From: Alphaproteobacteria bacterium
Lineage (GTDB): Bacteria > Pseudomonadota > Alphaproteobacteria > CALKHQ01
Assembly (NCBI GenBank): GCA_965227515.1
Contig: CBDDFZ010000001.1
Coordinates: 3,584,001 to 3,648,000, forward strand
DNA length: 64,000 nt
Reading direction: 5' to 3'
The position numbers and the translations under genes are program-made. This document shows, in pieces, positions 47,537 to 59,029 of the stretch. The notes under the pieces were generated by a model. The model searched no databases. It saw only the letters and a program-made list of their open reading frames with translations, and was not told the DNA's origin. How positions within the stretch are numbered: the first letter of the stretch is position 1; each line of letters starts with the position of its first letter.

Positions 47537-49629
47537 GCGTCGTCTCCGAATGGCCACAGCACCAGGCTGCCCGAGGGTTGGCGTGCGCAGGCGGCACCGG
47601 GGTCGACCACGATGGTGGTGACCGGGGATTCCACGATGGCCGGACCCGCGATGCGCTCGCCCGGCGGCATCGCATCGAAGGCCAGCACGGCGGCATCCAC
47701 CTTGCCATGGCCGGGGAAATAGGCGGGCCGGCTGGCGTGTCCGGTGGCGGCACCGGGCGCGGCCGTCAGCGTGCCGAGGTCGCTGTCGCGCAGCCGGCAG
47801 CGCACCACCACCGACCAGCTTACGATCTCGATGTTGGAGCCTTCGTCGGCGACCGCGAACTGCTCCTCATGTGCGGCATTGAAGTCAGCCTCCAGCGCCG
47901 TGACATCGTCGTCGCTGTCGAAGCGGTCCTTGCGCAACGGCACTTCGATCTCCCACACCTGGTCGGGGTAGCGCGCCTCCATGAAGAACTGCAGCGCGGT
48001 CGACCGCGCGCCCTGCCCGGCATCGGCGGCGAAGGCACGCGCCTGGTCCGCCAGGTCGACGAGCACGGCGTTGACGCCCGCACGGTCAAAGCGCCCGGTA
48101 TGGGCGTAGAAGGTGCGGCGATACTCGGCGCTGAGGTCGGAGGCGAGCGCACCGGCGGCGCTGAGCGCGGCGCCCACATCCGGCAGCACCACCTCCGCGC
48201 AGCCCAGCCGCTGAGCCATGGCGCAGGCGTTCAGTCCGGCAGCACCACCGCCGCCGATCAGCACCGCCTGGCTGGCGTCGATGCCCTGGTTGACGGCGAT
48301 GTCCATGATCGCCTGGACCATGTTCTCGGTCGCGAGCGCGACGATGGCGGCCGCTGCTTCTTGAAGATCTAGCCCCAATGGCGCCGCCACGTCCGTTGTC
48401 ACCGCCTGTTCCGCCGCCGCGCGGTCAAGCTGGATGCCGCCGCCGAGGAAGTAGTCCGCGTCGATGTAGCCCAGCACCAGGGCGGCATCGCTCAGCGTCG
48501 GGCGGGTGCCGCCGCGTCCGTAGCAGGCCGGCCCCGGCACCGCGCCGGCACTGTCCGGCCCCACGTGCAGCAAGCCGGCCGGGTCGACCCAGGCGATGCT
48601 GCCGCCACCGGCGCCGATGCTCTTCACGTCGACCGACGGCAGGCCGGTCATGTGGCCGCGAAAGGGCTGGCCGATCCAGGTCTCGCGGGTGCGCGGAATG
48701 TGGCCGCGCCGCACAACGCTGACATCGAAGGTGGTGCCGCCGGTGTCGGCGACGATGACGGTCTCCGCCTTGCTGTCGAGGGCGGCGTAGTGGCGGCCGG
48801 CGACCGGCGCCATCGACGGGCCGGAGTTGATCAGGTGGACCGGCGCCTCAGCCACCACGGCCGCATCCATCACCCCGCCCTGCGAGGTGATGATCAGCAC
48901 CCGGCCGCCGAAGCCGGCATCGCGCAACCGCCCCTCCAGGTCGCGCATGTAGGCGCCCATCAGCGGTTTCAGCGAGGCATCGAGGCAGGTGGCGCTGGCC
49001 CGCCGGTATTCGCGCAGCGACGGGTTGGCCGCATGCGAAAGCGTGACCGGCACACCCGGCAGGTGCTCGGCCAGCAGCGCGCCGACGCGCTGTTCGTGCG
49101 CGGGATTGACGATCGACCACAGCAGACAGACGCCAACCGCCTCGACCTTCAGCTCTCGAAGGCGGCCGATGGTCTCGATCAGGGCCGCCTCGTCCAGGTC
49201 GCGGCGGATCGAGCCGTCGGCCATGATCCGCTCCGCAACCTCGAAGGTCAGCGCCTTCGGCACATAGGGTTCGGGGTACGGCACGGTGAAGTTGAACGGT
49301 TCGCTGCGCCCGCCCTCGCGGAACACCAGAATGTCGGGGTGGCCCTCGGTGGTCAGGAACGCGGTGCGGGCAGTGCGCCCGGTGACGATGGCGTTGATGG
49401 CGTGGGTGGTGCCGTGGATGAACAGTTCGCCCCGCCCCAGCAATTCGCCAAGACCTATGCCAAGCCCGTCGGCCGCCGCGGCCAGGCTGTCGAGCACACC
49501 GCGCACCGGGTCGTCGGGCGTGGTCGGCGCCTTGGTCATGCGAAGCGCGCCGGTATCGTCCTCGATCACCAGGTCGGTGAAGGTGCCGCCGGTATCGACG
49601 GCGAAGCGCAGCGCGCCGGTCAGGCTCAT
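47533..49629 (-). CDS. Hydantoinase A/oxoprolinase family protein (N-methylhydantoinase A-like)
   Basis: VDTGGTFTD, HGTT, SGP, DTGGTTFDV, IGAGGGS, SAGAVPGPACYGRGG. Confidence 0.92.
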   Translation of the reverse strand: MSLTGALRFAVDTGGTFTDLVIEDDTGALRMTKAPTTPDDPVRGVLDSLAAAADGLGIGLGELLGRGELFIHGTTHAINAIVTGRTARTAFLTTEGHPDILVFREGGRSEPFNFTVPYPEPYVPKALTFEVAERIMADGSIRRDLDEAALIETIGRLRELKVEAVGVCLLWSIVNPAHEQRVGALLAEHLPGVPVTLSHAANPSLREYRRASATCLDASLKPLMGAYMRDLEGRLRDAGFGGRVLIITSQGGVMDAAVVAEAPVHLINSGPSMAPVAGRHYAALDSKAETVIVADTGGTTFDVSVVRRGHIPRTRETWIGQPFRGHMTGLPSVDVKSIGAGGGSIAWVDPAGLLHVGPDSAGAVPGPACYGRGGTRPTLSDAALVLGYIDADYFLGGGIQLDRAAAEQAVTTDVAAPLGLDLQEAAAAIVALATENMVQAIMDIAVNQGIDASQAVLIGGGGAAGLNACAMAQRLGCAEVVLPDVGAALSAAGALASDLSAEYRRTFYAHTGRFDRAGVNAVLVDLADQARAFAADAGQGARSTALQFFMEARYPDQVWEIEVPLRKDRFDSDDDVTALEADFNAAHEEQFAVADEGSNIEIVSWSVVVRCRLRDSDLGTLTAAPGAATGHASRPAYFPGHGKVDAAVLAFDAMPPGERIAGPAIVESPVTTIVVDPGAACARQPSGSLVLWPFGDDA

Positions 49630-50729
49630 GTAGCTATCCCAGGAGAGTCGATCCGCGCACCGGCGTGGTCGAACACGTGGACGGCGGCCGGCGCCACGGC
49701 GAGCGCCGCCGGCTGGCCGGCTTCAAGCGGTGCGTCCGGGCGGGTGCGGACCCGCAGCGAGACATCATCGCCAACCTGGACATCGCAATAGAGGTCCGAC
49801 CCGGCGTACTCGACCCGGGTCACTGTGCCGTCCATCCGGTTGGCGGCATCGGGGCCTGGCGCCACCACGAGGTCGCTCGGGCGGATACCGATGGTGACGC
49901 TGCGGTCCTGCTGGCCGCTGAAATGCGCGCGGGTCGCCAGCGTCAGCCCCCGCGCGCTGACCGCGCCGTCGTCGGCGATATCCGCAGCCACGAAGTTCAT
50001 CTGCGGGCTGCCGACGAACCCGGCGACGAAGATGTTGGCCGGCCGCTGGTAGACCTCGTGCGGGGTGCCCACCTGCTGCAACTGCCCGTCGCGCAGCACC
50101 ACGATGCGGTCCGCCATCGTCATCGCCTCGAGCTGGTCGTGGGTGACGTAGACATTGGCGCGGCCCACCGCCTCGTGCACATCCAGCAGGTTGCGCCGCA
50201 TCTCCGTTCGCAGCAGGGCGTCGAGGTTGGAGAGCGGCTCGTCCATCAGGAAGGCGACCGGCTGGCGGATGATCGCGCGGGCCAGGGCCACCCGCTGGCG
50301 CTGTCCGCCGGAAAGCTGGCCCGGCAGCTTGTTGAGCTGGGATTCCAGGTCGACCAGGCGCGCCGCCTCAGCCACCCGCTCCATCACCTGCGCGCGCGGC
50401 GGGCGCTGTGCCCAGCGGGCGCGCAGCGGGAAGCTGATGTTCTGCGCCACCGTCATGTGCGGGTAGAGCGCATAGTTCTGGAACACCATCGCCACGTCGC
50501 GGTCACGCGGCGGCACGTAGTTGACCAGCTTGCCGCCGACATAGATCTCGCCGTCGGTCAGATCCTCGATGCCGGCGATCAGCTTCAGCAGCGTGCTCTT
50601 GCCGCAGCCGGACGGGCCGAGCAGCACGACGAACTCGTTCTCCGCGATCTGCAGCGAGAAGTCCTGCACCGCCACGTGCTCGCCGTAGTCCTTGGTCACC
50701 GCGACGAATTCGATCGCAGGCTCGGTCAT
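49626..50729 (-). CDS. CUT1 (MalK-type) ABC ATP-binding protein
   Basis: [37 protein letters not shown]. Confidence 0.95.
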   Translation of the reverse strand: MTEPAIEFVAVTKDYGEHVAVQDFSLQIAENEFVVLLGPSGCGKSTLLKLIAGIEDLTDGEIYVGGKLVNYVPPRDRDVAMVFQNYALYPHMTVAQNISFPLRARWAQRPPRAQVMERVAEAARLVDLESQLNKLPGQLSGGQRQRVALARAIIRQPVAFLMDEPLSNLDALLRTEMRRNLLDVHEAVGRANVYVTHDQLEAMTMADRIVVLRDGQLQQVGTPHEVYQRPANIFVAGFVGSPQMNFVAADIADDGAVSARGLTLATRAHFSGQQDRSVTIGIRPSDLVVAPGPDAANRMDGTVTRVEYAGSDLYCDVQVGDDVSLRVRTRPDAPLEAGQPAALAVAPAAVHVFDHAGARIDSPGIAT

Positions 50730-50736
50730 TTGGTGG

Positions 50737-51612
50737 TCATTCCTTCAAGGCTCCGGCCAGGTTCTGCGCGATGAAAAAGCGCTGCAAGAACACGAACATC
50801 AAGGTGATCGGCACCGCGGCCAGCAGCGAGGCCGCGCTGATCAGGCCCCAGTCGACGGTGAAGATCGCCTTCAGGCTGGCGATGCCGACGGTCAGCACCT
50901 GCATCTCCTCGTCCTGCACCGCGACCAGCGGCCACAGGAAGCTGGTGTACTGGATCATGAAGGTGAAGACGGCATGGACCACCAGCCCCGGCTTCACCAG
51001 CGGCAGGATGATCTGGACGAAGATGCCGATCTCCCCGGAGCCGTCCAGGCGGGCGGAATGGTCCAGGTCCTGCGGCAGCGAGACGATGAAGCTCCTGATC
51101 ATGAAGATGCCGATGGGGTTGGCCAGCGGCGGCAGGATCAGCGCCCAGTATGTGTTCAGGAGGTCGAGCCAGCGGACCAGGAAGTAGAGCGGAATCACCA
51201 GTGCCGCGATGGGGATGGCGACCGAGAACAGCAGCGTCGCGGTGATCGCCAGCCGGCCGGTGAAGCGCATCTTGGCCAGCGCATAGGCCGCCATGGCGTC
51301 GATCAGCACCTTGACCACCGTGATGGTGCCGGCGACGAACAGCGTGTTCAGAGTCCACTCCAGGAACAGATGGTCGGTGAACAGGCTGGTGTAGTTGCCC
51401 CAGAAGAAGACGTCGGGGATCCATTCCGGCGGATAGGTGAACAGCGAGCGCGTGTCCTTCACCGACGTGGAGAGGACGTACAGGAACGGCACGATCGAGA
51501 CGATGCAGCCGACGATCAGGATGGCGTAGGAGCCGGTGATGGCACCGCTGCCGGGCCGAAGCGCGCGGGAGCCGCGCCATTTTGGCTGGGACCGGGAGAC
51601 CGAGAGCGACAT
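50737..51612 (-). CDS. CUT1 ABC permease (MalG-type)
   Basis: From MSLSVS; SARLDGS, ILPLVKP, FLWPLV. Confidence 0.9.
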   Translation of the reverse strand: MSLSVSRSQPKWRGSRALRPGSGAITGSYAILIVGCIVSIVPFLYVLSTSVKDTRSLFTYPPEWIPDVFFWGNYTSLFTDHLFLEWTLNTLFVAGTITVVKVLIDAMAAYALAKMRFTGRLAITATLLFSVAIPIAALVIPLYFLVRWLDLLNTYWALILPPLANPIGIFMIRSFIVSLPQDLDHSARLDGSGEIGIFVQIILPLVKPGLVVHAVFTFMIQYTSFLWPLVAVQDEEMQVLTVGIASLKAIFTVDWGLISAASLLAAVPITLMFVFLQRFFIAQNLAGALKE

Positions 51613-51614
51613 CG

Positions 51615-52550
51615 TCAGCGACGCTCCCGCAACAGGAAGGTCTGCGCCACCGTCAGCAGCAGGACGACAACCACCAGCGTCAGCGACAGGGCGGACCCGA
51701 AGCCAGTCTCGTTGAACGAGAACAGGCTGCGATAGATGTACCAGGCGACGGTGGCGGTGGAGTTCACCGGGCCGCCGTCGGTCAGCACGAACACGCTGTC
51801 GAAGAGCTGCAGGTTGACGATGGTGGCGAAGATCACCGCGAAATAGAACGTCGGCTTCAACAGCGGCAGGGTGAGCTGCACGAAGCGGCGCACCGGGCCA
51901 GCGCCGTCGAGTTCGGCGGCGTAGTAGAGCTCGCGCGGCAAGGCGACGATGCCGGCCAGGAACAACAGGGTCCAGAAGCCGACCCCGCGCCAGACCTCGA
52001 TCATCGCAATGGTCGGCAGGGCCAGACTGCGGTCGCCCAGGAAGTTGATCGCCTCGCCGGAGACCCAGCGCGAGATCACGTTCAGCACGCCGAAGTCCGG
52101 GTGTAGCACGAATGTCCACATCAGGGCCGCGATCAGCACCGGCTGCAACGTGGGCAGATAGAGGATGGAGCGGATGGTCACCGCGCCCTTCGGGATCGCG
52201 TTCAGGCACAGCGCCATGATCATCGCGATGACGAACACCGCCGGGATCGCCATCGCGCAATAGAGCAGCGTGTTGAAGATGGTCTTCACCACCATGCGGT
52301 CGCCGAACACGTCCTCCCAGTTGTCCAGCCAGACGAACTCCGGCGCGCCCAGCACGCCGCCCTCCTGGAACGTCAGCCAGACCAGCCAGCCCATCGGAAA
52401 GATCAGGAATACGCCGAACGCCAGCAGGTTCGGCGCCAGGAAGCCATAGGCGACCAGCGTGCGGCGCAGATTGTAGCGCCGGCGCAGGCGCCGGTGCTCC
52501 GCCGCGCTCAGGCGCGGGCGCGGGGTGGAATGCTCGACCGTCTCTGTCAT
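51615..52550 (-). CDS. CUT1 ABC permease (MalF-type)
   Basis: FLAPN, LYYAAELDGA, TLPLLKP, TDGGP. Confidence 0.9.
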   Translation of the reverse strand: MTETVEHSTPRPRLSAAEHRRLRRRYNLRRTLVAYGFLAPNLLAFGVFLIFPMGWLVWLTFQEGGVLGAPEFVWLDNWEDVFGDRMVVKTIFNTLLYCAMAIPAVFVIAMIMALCLNAIPKGAVTIRSILYLPTLQPVLIAALMWTFVLHPDFGVLNVISRWVSGEAINFLGDRSLALPTIAMIEVWRGVGFWTLLFLAGIVALPRELYYAAELDGAGPVRRFVQLTLPLLKPTFYFAVIFATIVNLQLFDSVFVLTDGGPVNSTATVAWYIYRSLFSFNETGFGSALSLTLVVVVLLLTVAQTFLLRERR

Positions 52551-52591
52551 CTACAGTTTCCGGCCCGGTGTCACAAAACCCGCCATACCGT

Positions 52592-52755
52592 CGTCATGCG
52601 CGGACTTGAGGAGCCTGTGCTCGGGCCGGGCCAGGGCCGGTCCCGAGTGCGCATCCACGTCTTCTTGGCCGACGCCGAACCAAAGGCGCGTATGGCCCCT
52701 CGGGACCGGCCCTCAGGCCGGCCCAAGGGCAGGCTCATCAAGCCCGGCCATGACG
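52592..52755. repeat. Composite palindromic REP element with nested inverted inserts
   Basis: Outer cgtcatgcgcggactt ... aagcccggccatgacg; inner 52611-47 and its inverse 52699-736. Confidence 0.72.
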
Positions 52756-52794
52756 CAATCGAGAGTGGCTGAATTGAGTGCGAGGGCACCAAGC

Positions 52795-54132
52795 CTAGAG
52801 AACGTCGTCGATCGCCTCGCACATCTCCTCGATGGCCTCCGCGCCGGTCAGGTTGCCGAGATAGGCGTCCTCCGCCGTCGGCCACATGGTCTGCATGGCC
52901 TGCAGGATCTTCGGGTGCGGCTGCACGCCCTTCACCGTGGGCACGAACTCGGTCTGCACCTTCTGCATCGACGGGTTGCCGTCGAACAGGCCGTCGACGA
53001 TGTCGGAGCGCACCACCTGCAGGTTCACCTGCTCGGCGAAGCGGCCGACCATCGGGCCCGACGCCCAGTGCTTGATGAACTCCCAGGCCTCCTCCTTGTT
53101 CTCGCTCGCCTCGGCAATGCACAGGATGCCGAAATTGCCCATCGCGGTGCGGCCGTGCGGGCCGGCCGGGGCGCGCGCGACATCCCAGCGGAAGCCTGGG
53201 TCGTTGGCCATCAGCTCGGCGATCATCGGCGTCTCGCCATGGTGGATGGCGATGCGGCCGGCCTTGAACATATCGGACATGCCCTGCCAGTCGACGCTGC
53301 CCACCTGCGGGGTCACACCGGCGGCGTGGATGTCGACCAGGAACTGCATCGCCGCCTTGGCATCGTCATTGTCCAGCCCGCACGCCGACCAGTCGTCGTT
53401 GAAGATGTTGGCATTGGCGTTGTGCATGTAGGGGAACCAGTCCCAGAACGCGAAGTCGGCGACGCGGCTGCGCATGGAAAAGCCGAACACGTCGTCGGTC
53501 GTCATCTTCTGCGCCGCTTCCATCATCGCGGCGTAGGAGCCGTCCCAGCTCTCGGTCACGCCGGCGCCGTCGAGCAGGTCGAGATTGAGGAAGATGTTGT
53601 AGACCGCGCCCAGCACCGGCACGCCCCAGGTGCCGCCCTGCTGGATTGCCAGGTCCCACGCGAAGGGCTCGATTGCCTCCTTCTCCGCCGCCCAGGCCGG
53701 GTCGCTGACCATCTCGGTCATGTCGTGCAGCACGCCCTGCTGCGCATATGCCGGATAGATCAGGTCGACCAGGTAGAGCACGTCCGGCGGCGAGCCGCTG
53801 GCGAACCCGGTGGTCAGCTCCGTGTTCATGTTGGCCCAGTCGTACGTGGTGAAGTTCACGTTGACGTTGGGCGCCACGTCACGATTGAAGTCCTCGATGA
53901 TCATCGCCTCGAACTCGTGCTCGTTGGCCGAGTGTGGGCCCTTGATCATGGTGATGTCGCCGGTGAGGTCCGTGTTCGGCTCAGCCCAGCTCCGGCCGCT
54001 GGTCGCCATCAGCAAACCGCTGGCGACCGGCAGGGTTAGACCAGCGTGGGCGGCGTGCCGCATGAAGCGACGACGCGACAGGGTTCCGTCATGCACACGC
54101 AGCGCTAGTCTTTCGATAGACTTATCGATCAT
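52795..54132 (-). CDS. CUT1 ABC substrate-binding protein with Tat signal
   Basis: From MIDKSI; SRRRFMR, PPDVLY, WGVP, FKAGRIAI. Confidence 0.87.
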   Translation of the reverse strand: MIDKSIERLALRVHDGTLSRRRFMRHAAHAGLTLPVASGLLMATSGRSWAEPNTDLTGDITMIKGPHSANEHEFEAMIIEDFNRDVAPNVNVNFTTYDWANMNTELTTGFASGSPPDVLYLVDLIYPAYAQQGVLHDMTEMVSDPAWAAEKEAIEPFAWDLAIQQGGTWGVPVLGAVYNIFLNLDLLDGAGVTESWDGSYAAMMEAAQKMTTDDVFGFSMRSRVADFAFWDWFPYMHNANANIFNDDWSACGLDNDDAKAAMQFLVDIHAAGVTPQVGSVDWQGMSDMFKAGRIAIHHGETPMIAELMANDPGFRWDVARAPAGPHGRTAMGNFGILCIAEASENKEEAWEFIKHWASGPMVGRFAEQVNLQVVRSDIVDGLFDGNPSMQKVQTEFVPTVKGVQPHPKILQAMQTMWPTAEDAYLGNLTGAEAIEEMCEAIDDVL

Positions 54133-54278
54133 GGCCTCAATTCCCCTGTAGTCTGGATGGACGAACAGCGTTCGACAAATCGAAGCGTGAGCGCCGCTGG
54201 AAGCATTGTCAATCGCGATGCAAAATTGTTTCGTGCGACGAAACAGGGGCAAGCCCCGGCTCGGGTCAGAGGAAACGC

Positions 54279-56465
54279 ATGAAAATCACCGGGTACAGCG
54301 ACCGCTGGAGCGGCGCGGCGGGCGAGACGATCCGCTTCAATGTGCATTGCGACGCGACCGAATGGCGCGCCGATCTGGTGCGATTGATCCATGGCGACGA
54401 GAACCCCAAGGGCCCGGGCTTCAAGGAGATCGAACTGGATAGCCCGGTCAACGGCACCTATCCGGGCCGCCGACAGCCGATCCATCCCGGCAGTTGCGCC
54501 GTCATCGAGATGTCCGATCGGTTGCCGCTGCCGGCGGGTTTCACGCTGCTGGCTTGGGTGTGGCCGACGGCGCTGCAACGCGGCCCCTCCACGCTTGCAT
54601 CGTGGGACGGCGTGCGGCTGGGCCTGGACGAAGCGGGCCATTTGGAGTCTTCGGCCGGTGGCGTGCAGATCTCGCTCGGCCGGTCGCTGGTCGAGCGCGA
54701 CTGGTATCTGGTCGGCGTGTCGGTCGACGTGGCGGCGGGAAATGTGCGGCTGTTCCGTTGCTCCAGGCGGGCGAACGCCGGCGAGCCGGAATTGGACGAG
54801 GCGGTGGCCGACTGGCCGGGTGACAGCGACGTCGGGCAACCGACACGGCTGACGTTCGGCGCGTCCTGGGCAACCGGCGATCCCGCGCCAAGCCGTTGTT
54901 TCAATGGCAAGATCGGCGGGCCGGCGCTGTTCGGCGCGGTCCTGACGCCCGTGCAGGCGAAGGTCTGGGCGGATGCCGGTGGTCCGGCCGATGACGCCGG
55001 CATCGTCGCGCGCTGGGATTTCAGCGCCGGCATCGCGGGCACCGGCATCCACGATGACGGTCCCAATGGATTGCATGGCACGACCCACAACCGGCCGACT
55101 CGCGGCGTGACCGGGCCGAACTGGACCGGCGCCCAGCCGGGTTTCGCGCAGTCCCCGCGCGAGCACGACGCCATCCACTTCCATGACGACGACCTCGGCG
55201 AGGCCGGCTGGGACGAGAGCCTCTCCCTTGAGATGCCGGCGGACCTGCCGAGCGCGGTCTATGCCATCCGCCTGCGCTGCGACGGCGGCGAGGATTACCT
55301 GCCCTTCGTCGTGCGGCCGGCGAAGGGCGCGCCGAAGAAGAAGATCGCGTTCCTGATGCCCACACTCTCCTACCTCGCCTATTCGAACGAGGCGCTCGAC
55401 GTCAGCGATGCCGTGGTGGTGGCGCCGATGCGCGACATGGGCCTGCAGCCGGAGCGCTATGGCTACATGAACGCCAATGCGCTGAAGAGCACCTACGACA
55501 GCCACACCGACGGCAGCGGCGTGTGCATGGCCAATCTGCGCCGGCCGATCCTGGACTACCGCCCCAAGGCGCGGTGCCGCACGTTCGATGCCCCGCATGG
55601 GTTCCCCGCCGATCTGTGCCTGGTCGACTGGCTGGAGACCAAGGGCTTCGCATACGACGTGATCACCGACCACGACCTGCACGCCGAAGGCACCGACCTG
55701 CTGGACGACTATCGCGTGGTGCTGACCGGCTCCCACCCGGAGTACTGGACCGCCGGCATGCTCGACTCGCTCAACGCCTATCTCGATGGCGGCGGGCGGC
55801 TGATGTATCTCGGCGGCAACGGGTTCTATTGGGTGACTGCGGTCGATCCAGAGGATCCGGGTCAGATCGAGATCAGGCGGTTTACCGGCACACGCACCTG
55901 GCAGGCACCGCCCGGCGAGTTCCAGATCAGCCTGACCGGCGAGATCGGCGGGCTGTGGCGCGACCGGGGCCGGGCGCCGCAGAAGACCGTGGGCGTCGGG
56001 TTCACCGGCCAGGGTTTCGATCGCGGCGTACCCTTCCGCCGCACCCCCGAGAGCCACGACGCGCGGGCCGCGTTCGTGTTCGATGGCGTGGATCGCGAGG
56101 TGTTCGGCGCCGGCCCGTCGCTGGTGTTGCATCACGGCGCCGGCGGCTTTGAGGTCGACAAGGCCAACCGCCTGCTGGGGACGCCGGCCCACGCCATGGT
56201 GCTGGCGTCGACCTTCGGCCTCAGCGACGCCTACCAGATGTGTATCGAGGAGCGGAGGGCGTCGATGCCCGACACCGGTGGCACCGTGTGCCCCGATATC
56301 GGGGCCGACATGGTGTTGCTGCCCTATCCCAACGGCGGCGCCGTGTTCAGCGTTGGCTCAATCTCGTGGATCTATACGTTGTCGGGCAACGGCTATGCCG
56401 GCGACACCTCGCGCATCACCGAAAACGTCCTGCGCCGTTTCGCGGAGGACCCCGCTCCGGTCTGA
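54279..56465 (+). CDS. N,N-dimethylformamidase beta-subunit family protein with LamG-like insert
   Basis: GYSDRWS, LIHGD.NP.GPG, AIHFHDDDL, YLAYSN, STYDSHTDGSG, GSHPEYW, YLGGNGFYW, GGAVFSVGSI. Confidence 0.87.
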   Translation: MKITGYSDRWSGAAGETIRFNVHCDATEWRADLVRLIHGDENPKGPGFKEIELDSPVNGTYPGRRQPIHPGSCAVIEMSDRLPLPAGFTLLAWVWPTALQRGPSTLASWDGVRLGLDEAGHLESSAGGVQISLGRSLVERDWYLVGVSVDVAAGNVRLFRCSRRANAGEPELDEAVADWPGDSDVGQPTRLTFGASWATGDPAPSRCFNGKIGGPALFGAVLTPVQAKVWADAGGPADDAGIVARWDFSAGIAGTGIHDDGPNGLHGTTHNRPTRGVTGPNWTGAQPGFAQSPREHDAIHFHDDDLGEAGWDESLSLEMPADLPSAVYAIRLRCDGGEDYLPFVVRPAKGAPKKKIAFLMPTLSYLAYSNEALDVSDAVVVAPMRDMGLQPERYGYMNANALKSTYDSHTDGSGVCMANLRRPILDYRPKARCRTFDAPHGFPADLCLVDWLETKGFAYDVITDHDLHAEGTDLLDDYRVVLTGSHPEYWTAGMLDSLNAYLDGGGRLMYLGGNGFYWVTAVDPEDPGQIEIRRFTGTRTWQAPPGEFQISLTGEIGGLWRDRGRAPQKTVGVGFTGQGFDRGVPFRRTPESHDARAAFVFDGVDREVFGAGPSLVLHHGAGGFEVDKANRLLGTPAHAMVLASTFGLSDAYQMCIEERRASMPDTGGTVCPDIGADMVLLPYPNGGAVFSVGSISWIYTLSGNGYAGDTSRITENVLRRFAEDPAPV

Positions 56466-56473
56466 GGGGAACT

Positions 56474-57955
56474 CTACTGTCTGGTAGCCTGGAGGAAGGT
56501 GTTCAACGCCGCCTCGGTACCGGCCGCATTGATCCGTCCCAGCCACGTCTCGAACGCATCGGCAAAACGCGGCACGTCCGCCAGGTCGCCATAGATGCTG
56601 CGCGCCTCCAGCCAGACCCGCGGCGACGCCACGGCCTCGGCAGCCCGTGCCGTAAGCTCGGGCCACAACGGGTCGTTGGGCTCGACCGCGCTGCCGTCGT
56701 CGCGGTTGCCCTGGCAGTAGCGCGCCCAGGCGGCCTCGACGAAGGCCAGCCCCTCGACCGGGGTGCCGGCGGCCAGACCGTCGCGGATCGAGGGCAGGAT
56801 GAAACCGGGGTGGCGGCTGGCCCCGTCGAACGCGACGCGCCGGGTCGTGTCGGCAATCGCGGTGTTGGAGAAACGCTGCAGGATCAGGTCGACATAGGCG
56901 GCGGGCGTGGTTCCCGGCACCGGCCGCACGTGCGGCATGATCTCGTTGGTCTGCACGTAGCGGAAGAAATCCCGGACCCTCGGATGGGCGATGGCCTCGG
57001 CAATGGTGGCGAGGTTGAGCAGTTCACCCAGGTTCGCGACGACCTGGTGTCCGCCGTTCAGGATGCGAAGCTTCATCGCCTCGAAATCGTGCACCCGGTC
57101 GGTGAAGGTGGCGCCCGCCTTCTCCCACTGCGGGCGGCCGGCGCAAAACGCATCCTCAATCACCCATTGGCGGAAGTTCTCATGGCTGACCGGGGCCGCA
57201 TCGTCGATGCCGAACGCTTTCGGCAACTCCCGCTCCTTTGGCCCGGTGGCGGGCACGATGCAGTCGACCATGGAATTCGGGAAGGTGCAGTGCCGGTCGA
57301 TCCAGTCGGCCAGGTCGCCATCGGTCAGGCGCGCGAGACCAACCACCACCTGGCGCACGATATTGCCGTTGCCCTGAAGGTTGTCGCAGCTCTGCACCGT
57401 GAACGGGCCATGGCCGGCGGCGCGGCGCCGTTTCAGCGCGGCGACGATGGCGCCGAACGCGGTGCGCGGTCGTTCCGGGTGCGCGGCATCGTGCTGGATG
57501 TCGTCAAGCGTGGGGTCGAACGACTTGGAGACGGGCTCGGTGTAATAGCCGCCTTCGGTGACGGTCATCGCCACGATGCGAATGGCAGGGTCCGCCATCG
57601 CCGCGATCAGGGCGCCGTTGCCCTCCTCCACCGGCACGAAGTCGATCATCGAGCCGACCACCTCGGCCGACTTGCCGGACGGGTCCAGCTCGATCAGCGT
57701 GGTCAGATGATCCTGCCCCCGCAGTGCTGCGCGCATGCTGGCATCGGCGGCGCGCACCCCGGCACCGACGATCGCCCAGTCATGGTCCAACCCCATCTGG
57801 AACAGCCGGTGCAGGTACCAGGCCTGGTGCGCGCGATGGAAGTTCCCGACGCCGATATGGACAATGCCCGGCGTCAGCGCGGTGCGGTCGTAGGTCGGCC
57901 TCGCCACCTCGTCGGGCAGCGCATCGAGCGTTGCGTTGGACAGTTTGGCGGTCAT
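56474..57955 (-). CDS. mtlK: Mannitol 2-dehydrogenase
   Basis: IVHIGVGNFHRAHQA, TVTEGGY, SCDN, FPNSMVDCIVP, KLRILNGGH. Confidence 0.9.
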   Translation of the reverse strand: MTAKLSNATLDALPDEVARPTYDRTALTPGIVHIGVGNFHRAHQAWYLHRLFQMGLDHDWAIVGAGVRAADASMRAALRGQDHLTTLIELDPSGKSAEVVGSMIDFVPVEEGNGALIAAMADPAIRIVAMTVTEGGYYTEPVSKSFDPTLDDIQHDAAHPERPRTAFGAIVAALKRRRAAGHGPFTVQSCDNLQGNGNIVRQVVVGLARLTDGDLADWIDRHCTFPNSMVDCIVPATGPKERELPKAFGIDDAAPVSHENFRQWVIEDAFCAGRPQWEKAGATFTDRVHDFEAMKLRILNGGHQVVANLGELLNLATIAEAIAHPRVRDFFRYVQTNEIMPHVRPVPGTTPAAYVDLILQRFSNTAIADTTRRVAFDGASRHPGFILPSIRDGLAAGTPVEGLAFVEAAWARYCQGNRDDGSAVEPNDPLWPELTARAAEAVASPRVWLEARSIYGDLADVPRFADAFETWLGRINAAGTEAALNTFLQATRQ

Positions 57956-58013
57956 CGTGGCCCCGTCGGCGCATTCCTGCCGGCAAACGTGGTGACGTCG
58001 GCGGTCGGCACCG

Positions 58014-59018
<1,005 letters not shown>

Positions 59019-59029
59019 GATTCTTGTCC

